Assembly (NCBI RefSeq): GCF_036321535.1
Contig: NC_087437.1
Coordinates: 32,118,001-32,182,000 of the forward strand
Direction of reading: 5' to 3'
Length of the DNA stretch: 64,000 bases
DNA from: Camelus dromedarius
Lineage: Eukaryota
Made by a program: the position numbers and the translations under genes. Each line of letters begins with the position of its first letter. Position 1 is the first letter of the stretch. This document shows positions 26,480 to 37,680 of this stretch, piece by piece. The notes below the pieces were generated by a model, which saw only the letters and a list, made by a program, of their open reading frames with translations, ran no database searches and was not told the DNA's origin.

Positions 26480-27093
26480 GTTGTGAAACAGCGATTTTAT
26501 TCCCCATGCGTTCCAAAAAGATTTTTGCAAGCGTGCATCCGGCGACACCAATGAAACTTGATGCTTTCAGTGCCTGCATCTGGGTCAAAGCCACAGATGT
26601 ATTAAACAAAACCATCCTGTTTTCCTACGGCACAAAGAGGAATCCATATGAGATCCAGCTGTACCTCACCTATCAGTCCATTGTGCTTGTGGTGGGTGGA
26701 GAGGAAAACAGACTGGTTGCCGACACCGTGATTTCCCTGGGAACGTGGACCCATCTGTGCAGCACCTGGAATTCAGAGAAAGGGCGCATGTCCTTCTGGG
26801 TAAATGGTGAACTGGTGGCCACCACAGTCAACATGGCTACGGGTCACGTTGTTCCTGAGGGAGGAATCCTGCAGATTGGCCAAGAAAAGAATGGCTGCTG
26901 CGTGGGTGGTGGCTTTGATGAAACATTAGCCTTTTCTGGGAGACTCACAGGCTTCAATATCTGGAATCATGTTCTCAGCAACGAGGAGATAAGAAAGACT
27001 GGAGGAGAGGAGTCTTGTCACATCCGGGGCAATGTGGTTGGGTGGGGAGTCACGGAGATTCAGACCCACGGAGGAGCTCAGTATGTTTCCTAA
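26480..27093 (+). CDS. PTX3: PTX3 coding exon 3 (pentraxin domain) to stop
   Basis: Acceptor ctctag|GT; encodes GCETAILFPMRSKK...GGAQYVS*. Pentraxin signature HLCSTWNS at 26752-26775, N-glycosylation sequon NKT at 26605-26613, and the GCC vicinal cysteines are present. Spliced CDS is 130+405+614 = 1149 nt. Confidence 0.98.
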
Positions 27094-27705
27094 GTGTTGT
27101 GAAACTCCACTTGAAGCCAAAGAAAGAAACTCACATTTTAAACAGGTGCCAGTTGGGAAGGTCTGAAAACCTCAGTGCATATTAAGAACACTTGAGACTA
27201 ATGAAGGAGAGAGCTGAGAGATATTTATCTTGGCAAAATGCTGAATAAACAGTCAAAGGGGAGACATTGGAGAAGGCTTTTGGGGATATTGTTACTAGAC
27301 TTGATGCCATGGTGCTTTCAGATTAATGCTGTGTCCTTGTCAGAGAAACTCTCAAATAATTAAAAAGGACTGTATAGTTGAACAGAAGGACAATTGTTTT
27401 ACTTTTCTTTGGTAAACTTTGTTTTGGCCAGAGATGAATTTTACATTGGAAGAATAATAAAATAACATTTGTTATCCATTGTTCATTGTTACTGGTATAT
27501 ACCTTATTACAAAAAATGATGATAAAACATATTTATACTACAATGTGACTTAACAAATACAAATGTAGTTTATGTGTTATAATCAAATGTCACTTTTTTG
27601 AGAAGATAGTTATATAAGTTATATTGTAAGATGGTTTTGTATTAATTTTATTAAGACTATTTTTGTAAAGCTCTACTTTAAATAAAATATTTTATAAAAC
27701 TAGTC
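27094..27705 (+). other. PTX3: PTX3 3' UTR (3' end approximate)
   Basis: AU-rich sequence after the TAA stop, with TATTTAT motifs at 27222 and 27530, ending just past AATAAA at 27681. Confidence 0.8.
27681..27686 (+). terminator. PTX3 distal polyadenylation signal AATAAA
   Basis: Canonical hexamer preceded by several TGTA elements and followed by a T-rich tract near 27750. Confidence 0.75.
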
Positions 27706-29019
27706 CATGCTGTCTAATTATTAATTTAAAATGTCTGGAAGGAAATTCACATTTTTCTTTTTTTATCTGCAGCAGGCAGTTAGTTTTCAGATACTAATCT
27801 ATTATGTAAATACTAATCATTAATTTTGTTAGCAACAAACTGTGGAGTTGTTTTAAGCTTAGGCTTCCTATAAATCATAAGCAAGAAATATGATCTTGGT
27901 AAGTCAATTCATCTCTCTGGGTTTTAGTTTTCTCAACTGAGAATCAAGGAATTGAAGAAATAATGATTCCTTCAAATTTGATGATGCTATGAGCATATAC
28001 AACTTTCTGTCCTATGTAACATGGGAAACAAACATGAATTACCAGAGTTCCTCAGATACACGATTCCTGCAAGAGATGGCTTAGGACTGTTATTGGGGAG
28101 ATCTAAAAATCTGGAAAAGAAACAATGACTTCTGCCTTTAATGCACATCCCATTCTCTTACTTATGCATAAAGGAGAGTATGGTCAAGTCCCTTCATCCT
28201 GCAGATGGGGCGGTAACTCTACCACACTAATGTTTTCCTCCTGTAGAGGCTAAGCAAGGGCTAACAGAAGAACATCACAAAGCAACTTCTGAATATCAGT
28301 AGGAAATATGGTAGAATCACAGTGATGATGTGTCCACCTAAAGACAGGACCTGAACAACTACAATTTCCTGTTTGTGAGTTTTGGAGGAGGGGACCGGGA
28401 GTAATTATCCAACCACATTTTGTAACTAGCCTGATGTCCTTAGGCAAATTACGTAACTCCTCTGAGATTTCTCAGTAAAACGAGGGGGTTGGATTCTTAG
28501 TCTCTTTCAGCAATGAATTTCCACAAATCTAGGAATCTTTGAGGATACTCTTGGTATCAGTATAGCTTCACCCTACTCGTAAGACTCATTGAAGGGTCTC
28601 AAAGAAAATGGTTCCTAGTTATGAGGTCACAGGCCAATCTTAGACCCTTGGAGATTGCATAATTCAAGGTTGCAGGAGCAGTGGCCATAAACAAGTCCCT
28701 GTTTAGCCACTGTCTAAATGGCTAACTCCAAATGCTGAGCTGAAGGAAGAAATACTGGACCAAAACCTTCAGCCCAGAGTTAAGCTATTCCTTTCCACAT
28801 TTCAGCATGAATTACCTCTGTTCAAGAGACCCAAGATGATGCAGGACAAGATATATGCAAACTCATATGCTGACAGAGTTAAATGTAAAGGAACTTTTAA
28901 TTTTTAACAGGAATTACATGTTGAAGGCAAAGAAGAAATAAATAGAAGAAAAGAAAGTAACTCATGGCTTACAAAAGTAGAAATTTCATCTGCTACAGCA
29001 GTAGACCTGGATAGGTGTT

Positions 29020-29440
29020 CCAGGGACTTCTAATTGTCCCCTGATACCTATTTTCTCTGTTTTCCTAAGTAATAGTATTCTCGTTTTAATGGCATGTATG
29101 GCCATTTTGAGTAAAGACTGTATTTTCCAGCATCAGGTGCAACTAGATATGGCCATACGACTAAATTCTGGCTGATGGTGAGACACTGAATGTGGCTCCT
29201 TTTCCCTTCCTTCTTCTAACTGATTGGAATATGGTAATGATGGCTGGAATTTCAGCAACCATCTTAGATGAAGAAATTTTGCATAACGACATAGAAGAAG
29301 CCTGGGTCTTTAATATTACAAAGCTGTCTTGCCAGCCTTGGGCTGCCTGTGCCTAAACCTCTTTTACATGATAAATAAATACACTTTTATCTTCTTCAGC
29401 CCACTATTGGTTGACCACTTTATCTAATCCTGATCCAGTA
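29020..29440 (+). mobile_element. Old MaLR LTR (MLT1J-like)
   Basis: ggccatacgactaaattctggc...gatggctggaatttcagcaaccatctt; similar to the 2700-3160 element. Confidence 0.55.
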
Positions 29441-29537
29441 GAGCAATTTTTTTTCCAATAAAAAAGACCAACCACTTTATTCCCTCAAAACTCAGAGACT
29501 AGATACACAAAATACATTTTACAAATTTATCTGACTT

Positions 29538-29734
29538 AAAAAAATTTTTTTTGTTTTTGTTTCTAATTTTTATTTTTTAAAGTGGCAGCTTCTTTTCATT
29601 TATTTATTTATTTCTTGGGGGGGAAGGATTAGGCTTATTTATTTATTTATTTTTAATGGAGGTACTGGGGATTGAACCCAGGACCTTGCGTATGCTAAGC
29701 ATGTGCTCTACCACTGAGCTATACTCTCTCCCCC
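29538..29734 (-). mobile_element. tRNA-derived SINE, same family
   Basis: Reverse-complement A/B boxes (ccactgagcta; gggattgaacc) and TTTA tail. Flanking direct repeat ATCTGACTT at 29529-29537 and 29735-29743. Confidence 0.88.
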
Positions 29735-30048
29735 ATCTGACTTTTTTTTTTTAAACACTGACTAATAGCATTTAATGAGCTTTAGAATACATTGTGTCAG
29801 CAAAAGGAGGAAGTAATAAATGTGTAAAACTGAGATAAAATATCGGAAAAGAAGTATCAGCATGCTAGCTTAGTTTAACACACTGACAAAGAGTTTCACT
29901 CACCAGGATGGTTACTGAGGGCATCATCATATTACAGCATAGTAAGAGAATTGTGCAAGATAACCCAAGTTATTAGGAGGAAAAATACGTGTGTAACTAA
30001 TATATAATACATTACATATATAAGTTATAAAATATTATACATGTGTGC

Positions 30049-30166
30049 TAGAGTGACCAACTGTCCTGGTTTTAAGACTATCCCAGCTTTAGTCCTGAAA
30101 GTCCCATGTCCCAGGAAATCCTTCAGTCCCAGGCAAACTGTGACTGTTTGTCACTTTGTCACTCTA
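30049..30166. mobile_element. hAT-type MITE (MER94-like)
   Basis: Terminal inverted repeats TAGAGTGAC (30049-30057) and GTCACTCTA (30158-30166); internal aactgtcctggttt...gaaagtcccatgtcccaggaaa. Confidence 0.75.
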
Positions 30167-32369
30167 GTACTAGTACGTACATATGTATGTCAGTAGAGCA
30201 ACTTTTTTGCAGAGATAGTATCTGAACAAGATAGGGTTGATACATTTTCCTTGTCTATTACAATATAAATTGGTTTTTAATTAAGTATTAATTCCTTTAA
30301 AACATATCCAGAACATTTGACTATTAAGAATACATTACAGAATTTTAGATAGGTATTTACAATTATTCAATTAACATCACTTTGATAAATAATTAGATTT
30401 GCAAACAAAGAAGAAATTATAATTGATTTTTATTTCATCTCCCATTAAATTTTGTATTAGAAAGCTCTTCTTTGAGAATCTTACTAAGGCCAAATGTTTC
30501 CAGAACTGTATTTTAGCCACTAAGAAATAGCACTCGTAAAGTTAAATATCTTGGTCAAAATAATTGTATGTGTTCACTTGTATATTCCTGGATTCAGTGA
30601 ACTTAAAAACTCAGACTGCTGACCTTTGCATTTGGTTTTATAAATCTGGAGTGTAGAAGAAAGCCTGCTGGGCTTGGGGTCAGAAATTCAGCATTTAAAT
30701 CCTAGCACCATTACCCACTAACTAAAAGACATCAGGCCTGCCGACTAATCTTTATGAGCCTTAAATGAGCCAAGAAATTGAGGATAACAGAACTCGCCTA
30801 CCTTGATGAAGGAGTATTAAGAAAATGACATAAAAAGAGATAATGTATCCAAAAATGCTTTACAAACCCTAAAATAATATTTGAAATAAAATAGTTTTCA
30901 TTAAAAAATATTTTTCCAGGTTGTTCCCAGTAGATTAAATAAAAAATAAGCAAACAAACAAAAATATAAACATATAAACAAATATAAAGATTTCCTTTCA
31001 TTGTGGGTAAGTCATTCTCAGAGTTCAGTCCACAAATGTTCAAAACCATGCAGGCCTTATTCTACTTCACAGCAACATCTGCTGGTGAAGTCAAGAAGGT
31101 GCAAACTCTGGAGTGCATCAGATCCGAGATTCAGTTAACAATTCAGAAGAGGTTCTTTTTTGATTTAAGATGTGTCTTTTTTCTTGATCCACACTTGGGC
31201 TGGTTTTTAGAACACTGTATATAATATTTCCCCATATGTATTAATATTTAGGTTGAATATTCGTAATGAGATTGCTTAGTAGTCTGTTTTCTAGGATATT
31301 TGATCAATAAATTCTTTCCCAACAACCTGTAGTACAATGAACTTACAACCTTTTCCTTGAGGAATACTGCATCATGAATTTTTAATGGCTAAGTATCTCC
31401 CTAGAGATTACAAAACTCCAAAAATGAATATGATTCTGCCTTCAATATTTTAACATGGGCCTGGTACATGGCAGATACTCAGGATGACAATGATGATGAT
31501 GATTATGATGATGGTGATAAAGAGAAGAAACATCATAACCACTGATGAACTGTGGGCTCAGCATTGTGCAAGTATAGCTGCTTTATCTGTTTAAGCCTCA
31601 TATCTACCCTATTTGGTACATATTATTACTGCCATAATAAATGGGAGGTCAATTTTCTATCCCCATTTTTCTGAGACAGCTCACCAATCAGTGGTTTGAA
31701 TTTTGTCTCACATTGAGAAATGAGGTGAATTTATCATAATTAACTAGACAGTCTATTCTAGGTTACTGCTAGTAAGTCAGAAAGGAATCTGGACTCTTGC
31801 TGAGATAAGATTACAATTCTTTCTAAAGACTTTCTACTTAAGTTTCAAATCATTTGAGGTCACCTTATGATTTGTGCCAGACGACCATGTAAAAGGCCTA
31901 CTGATGGAAAGGCATACTTCCTTATTATGACCACTGATTCCAAAACACAGAGGAAGGGACATCACTGCTTTTAGTTTTGATAGTAGGGGTGTGCACTGCG
32001 TTACAGAGTTAGTTCCAAATCAAAATTTGGAAAAGGTTTCCCTTTGAGCTCTCAAATAATCTCTTACAGTTAGAGGTACCCTCATTTTAGGGATCGCCAA
32101 TAATATTGTTAGTTTCCTGGGTGAAAGACATGCTAACTCATGCTGCGCTAAGCACTGGTTATACTTTTGTATTCCAATACTAGACAGGTTTAACAAAGCG
32201 TTTTCATGTGGCAAAGAACAAGTCTGGAGAATTATTCAGGACCACTGAAAAACAACTCTCCCACTGTGAAAAGGTTCTGATGTTACAAAATATTAAATTA
32301 CCTTGACATGATTTAAGCTGAAAACAAATGAATTACCAAAGGGACATCTTTGTCTATTTTTTAATTCAA

Positions 32370-33240
32370 TGGGGAAGCATTCAATATTTCCCCATTAAGT
32401 CTGATTTTAGTTGTAGGTTTTTGTAGATATCCTTTATTAGATTAAGGATGTTCCCTTCTACTGCTAGTTTGCTGAGGGATTTTTTTTAATCATAAACAGA
32501 TTTTGAATTTTACAAAAGGAGAGTATATATATATATCACTTACAATCTTAATTATCTATAATTATATATATACATATATATATCATATATATATGTCTTC
32601 TTAATCAGTTTAAGAAAGTTCTCCAAAATTTTTAGGTTGCAATTTTTTTTTCATGAATGGGTACTGAATTTTATGAGACGCTTTTACTGATACAATGAAT
32701 TTTTTCCCCTTTAGTCTTTCCCTGAAGGGAATTACATCTTGAATATTGTCATCTTTGCATCCTACATAACTTAACTTAGTCTTAACTTTTATAACATGAG
32801 GATAACAATAGTTCCTCCCTCATAAGATATTAAGAGAATTATGAGTTAAAAGACTAGTACCTGGTACAGACTAAGCACTTAACAAATGTTAACTATTTTC
32901 TTTAAGCATTGCTAGAGTCATTTTGCTAAGATTTTTATTTGTGATTTGTGCATCTGTGCTCATAATTAAGATGGGTCTGTATTTTTCTTTCTTATATTGT
33001 CCTTTGGTGTTGATATGGCTATATTAGCCTTACAGAATTAGTTGAAGAATGTACTTCTTTTTTAATTACATAAAACAGTTTAGATAAGATTGTAATTACT
33101 TCTTGCATATTTGTTCTAATTTGCCTATAATACTAAAAGGGACAGGCTTTTTTTATTTTTTTTTGGTTGGATGATTTAAAAATACTGATACAACTGTCTT
33201 ATTTGACATAGGGACATTCGGATCTTCTATCTCCTTAGCT
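32370..33240 (-). mobile_element. Degenerate L1 ORF2 fragments with TA-rich and MIR interruptions
   Basis: ggggaagcattcaatatttccccattaagt...gttcccttctactgctagtttgctgag. Confidence 0.6.
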
Positions 33241-36200
33241 CTCAAAGTGCAAATCAAGACAACACTCTGCTCATGACTTTAATCCTTTCTCCAAGAGGAA
33301 GGACTTTCACAATTTTCTTCTCACTAGGAGAATTCAGAGCACACAAAACAGATAAATGTAGTCTAGGAAATTTGAATAAATGAATTTGTATTTACATTTA
33401 ATGTGAAGGTAAATATTATCACTTATATACAGTCATTAATCATGGGAAGTAGTAAAGATTGGTTTGGAACTAGGCTTCAGGGATAAATATATAAGCCCAA
33501 CTGACAAAGTCTGTCATGTTTGATTCATAAACTTAAAGGAGGCATTTGGTTTGAAATTAGAGGCAGACATGTATAGAATACAATTGAAAAAATACGATCA
33601 ATGGAATAACATCAACCAAGTGTAAGAGGCAGTCACCCATGGTATACCACAAGGCTTGCCTGGTTCCATCTGGTCTACTTTTTCATTAGTGTTTTAAAAC
33701 GAAGGTAAAATTTACAGATGACAAGAACCTTGTAAGAATTGCAGATATAGTGAGATGAAAAGATCATTATCAGTAAGATCTTGGCATGCCAAAGCAATGA
33801 GCTGAATCTCTTTAGAAGAAAGATAAAGGGATAAAAGCAAATATTTACATAAGGCTACTTTTTGGTGCCCAGTATTAATTTACAATACTGTTGGAAACAG
33901 TTCTGGATTTGGGGGTTATTTACTCCCCATCCTTGTGGTTCTGCTGCAGTTTACTCCCATGTCCTACTTTGAGGGTGGCTTATAATCCAAGCCTGGCCAG
34001 CTGAAGTACTGTATCCCCTGGCAACAATGATAAATTGGTTCAGAAATGGGCATGTGGCCCATGTCAGGTCAAACAGAGACAATGAGACTGAATATGGAGT
34101 TTCTTTTTCTTAATTGGTATTCATGATGAAGTGAGCTGGAAGCTGCAGAGGCCCATTTCATGGAACAGAAAGTGAAATCAATCCACAGGAAGAACAACTG
34201 TGTAATGACTTTTTGGGACCACCACTGAGTCCTGAATCCAGCCATTTGGGAAGTCTGATACACTCATGCACTTTCAGTCTTATGTTCCAATGAGGAGTTC
34301 CTCCCCTCCCTTCCACCTTTTCCTCCTCCTTCTCTTCTTCCTTTTCATCATCAAGCCATTTATACCTCAGATTCTTGTTACTTAAAATGTAACTGATTGG
34401 TAAAATGGGATAATAATAGGACTTCTGCTAAGGAACTCTTTTGGGGATTAAATAATGTAATTGGTATAAAGTGCTTAGTACAGTATTTGGCATAAAGAGA
34501 GCATGAAATAAATTCTAGCCATTGTAGTTATTATTGTTATTACAATCATTATTGTTATCATTGAATGCATGACCATTTGGTGGGGATTCAAGCATTTCCT
34601 GGGTAACTGGGCTAAATCATGTTTAATGTGTCAGCCTAGGATTCTACAATTTTATAATTCTAGTCTTGTAAAAACTTAGAGCAAATCAAATAACTGTAAC
34701 ACTTTAGCATTTTCTGTAGAAGTTGAAGAATGAGAGAATAAGGGTTAGGACAGTATAAGTCAAGGAGAAAGATGTAAAGGGGAGAAAATAAAAGAAAAAA
34801 GAAATCCCAGTGATGGCTTCTAAGGCTGTTAGGACAGGGATATACGACAAAGATTTGTACAGCAGAAAACTTACTACTCTGAGACACCAAGATTCCTTCT
34901 GCTTTGCTGCTCAAAGTTTGATGGGCTTATGCGAGTGACTGTGGAATTGTATAAACACATCAGTCCTAAAAATCTAAACCCTGAAATATTCAGTCCCAAC
35001 CTTTTATAGGTCAAATTGTCATTTATTTTATGGTAATTTTCATAGTGCCAGATCAAATAAACTTAATCATTTGTTTTTTTCAAATGCTTGCAGTGAATTC
35101 AGAAAGTGTATTTTGCGTTTCAAAAGATTTCTTTGTCATTGAAAGTGCATTTTAAAAAAAACAAAACAAAACATAAGCTAAGTTCCTGGCAGCTGCAAAG
35201 AGACAATTCAATTCTTTTTCTCATAAATCAGTTACTTACAAGTCTAACTATCATGGTTTTAAAATGTGTGGCATGTATAAGTGTTTAAAATTTCTATAAA
35301 ATCTGTATCAAATATGTAGCCAAGGTGGTGAATAAAGTGGACTTTTAGCAAATTTAGTATCATGTATAAAGAGAAATTAGCAATTCAATCCTGTAGCCAA
35401 AGAAAATAAGAAATGAATGATATCAACTAATAATATCAATGACAAATCTTTAGAAGGGAGCATAGGTAGAGTGATAAACTCCCACTGTTGTGGCTGAGGT
35501 TCAGACAAATCTGAACATCTGGCAGACCACTGGGGTGGCTGGTCAGAGATCCAGGGTTGGGGGGTGGGTACTAAGAACTCTTCTTAGGAATATCTGGTAC
35601 CATGAACAAAACCTTAACCCTTGTTGGGCTGTAGGCATTTTGAGAACTGGACTAATCTGCTGCTAATCTGGCTCTTAGATGGATAGCTGAGGCCAGGGAA
35701 GATAGAGTTTTAGATAAAACAGAATATATTTTACTGCAAACTCAGTACCACAGTTTGACACTGGGGGCCAAGCAAACTTGCTCTGGCTCTCTACCAAGGT
35801 GTAACACCAAGACGAAACACAGTGTTCTTCCTTATCTTGCCTCAGGCCACCGCATGAAATTGGTAGACTGAGGACTCGTGGCTTCTGAAACTTCAGGGGT
35901 AGGCAACACAAAGGGACAGAGAGGCTGCCATCCTGGGCAGAGCAGTGTGGAGTCGAGTCCATTTCTGGGACCTCCAGGGTAGCAGTCACAGAGTTTGCTG
36001 GGACCGAGGTGGTAGAGATGGACATCACCACACTATGCTGTGCCCAGAAAAGAATACTGAGGCCTCTAAGAAATACAAGGTCTGGGAGCACTTTGCAGAG
36101 GGTTGATGCTCAAATTGAACATGGGAGGCATGTGGCAGTCAAATGTGGACCAAGACACTCATGGACCTCATAGATTTATATTAAGGAGGGCTGGGGACAT

Positions 36201-36353
36201 TTGGGTACATATCAAATAATGCTATATATTGTTCTTTGATCCCAAACCAAAAGAATGGTTTCTGGTAGATCTAAAACTAAAGAAAAAAAAAAAGGCAAAG
36301 AAAATATTCTGACTGGACTAACTTGATCTCTTTCATTAAATAAGAAACCATTA

Positions 36354-36492
36354 CGGTGGAGGGTATAGCTCAAGTGCTAGAGCTCATGCTTAGTATGCAT
36401 GAGGTCCTGGGTTCAATCCCCAGTACCCCTTCTAAAAAAAAAATAAATAAATTTAATTACCTCCTCCTCAAAAAACAAAAAACAAAAAAACC
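36354..36492 (+). mobile_element. tRNA-derived SINE (camelid Vic-1-like), full length
   Basis: A box TAGCTCAAGTG, B box GGTTCAATCCC and A-rich tail. Perfect 16-bp TSD AAATAAGAAACCATTA at 36338-36353 and 36493-36508. Confidence 0.9.
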
Positions 36493-36907
36493 AAATAAGA
36501 AACCATTAACAGAGATGCCCTGATTTGATGTTTTATGGCAATATTTAACACAATTATAAATCAGCCCTAAATCATGTTCACATTTAAGACATCTTTACAC
36601 ATTCTCTGGTGTATTTTATCTAGCATTTTGTGCTTTTGTAAAACAAAGGGTAAAGAGCTTTTCCATCTGCCACTGAGAGCAGTGGGACACATTCCACATA
36701 ATTCATCTGCCTGGTGAAGAGACACAGACTCAGCCAGCTCAAGTAACCTTAGCCATGTTCTCCAGCCATCTAGTGGCAGAGCAGAGAATCTGATGTACCT
36801 CTTGATACTCATTTTAAGTCTCATTTTCCATAAACCGCAACTGCTTCATGGAAATACTCTAAAAGGACTCCTAAAACATGTCCCCAAGCTCAGCCTTCGC
36901 ATCATAC

Positions 36908-37082
36908 CTTGGAGTATGCTCTTTACAATAACCTCTGTGTGATCGGCCAGGAGGTCCGCCTTGGTGATCGCAGCCAGGGACAGGTAGTTGGACATATTCC
37001 TGCACAGTTCCTTGTTGCCCCTGTGGAGGAACTTCACTGCAATGGGGATGGCTAATGCCATCACAGGGGGCCGGTTGTAATT
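36908..37082 (-). CDS. VEPH1: VEPH1 internal coding exon (175 nt, phase 0-1)
   Basis: Acceptor ttttgtcag|AAT and donor AAG|gtatga. Encodes [58 protein letters not shown]. Confidence 0.95.
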
Positions 37083-37129
37083 CTGACAAAATATAAGAGA
37101 GCAACAAATAACAAGTGGTTCCTTCTTCA

Positions 37130-37680
37130 ATTTATTCATTCATCCAAAAAATATTTGAGCTAAGCTCCCAGAGTGCAGCTGTGAAAACATAGACCCCACT
37201 CTGTTTTCTAGTGTTTGGGAACTCCGAGAGCTCTTGTTCTTGTTAGGGAGACTTAGAGGCACACAAGCAGTTAAGAGCCTAGGCTGATGAGGGCCATGAT
37301 AAGGAAAGGTCAGGGGTATAAGGGAGCACAAAAGGAGCACTTAATCCAGTCTCAAGGGAGTGTCAAGAAAGACTTTCTGGAGGAGATGATGTCTTAGCTG
37401 AGACCTGGTGGGTGAACTGGAGATGGCTGAGTCATGACTAGGAAAGGCGTGGACAGGAAGAAAAGCATGTGTGAAGGCAGACAGGTGGGAGAACTTGTGC
37501 ATATGGGGAACTGTAAATAGTTCGGTAGGGATGATGTGGGATACATGTGGGGAAACTGGGGTGGAGGGGTCAGAGAAGGGACTGGAGACAGAAACAGTTA
37601 CAGGTCTGGCACCTGCTAAGGAGTTTGGAATTGATCTTTAGGGTGATTAGGAGTCACTGATAAGAGGAACAACTCATATT
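37130..37680. mobile_element. L2 fragment abutting a VEPH1 acceptor region
   Basis: ttcattcatccaaaaaatatttgag...aaagactttctggaggagatgatg...gctaaggagtttggaatt. Confidence 0.6.

Noticed and set aside
36354..36430. tRNA gene-like sequence (also 29660-29734)
   Set aside because: A-rich tails and TSDs identify these as tRNA-derived SINEs, not tRNA genes.
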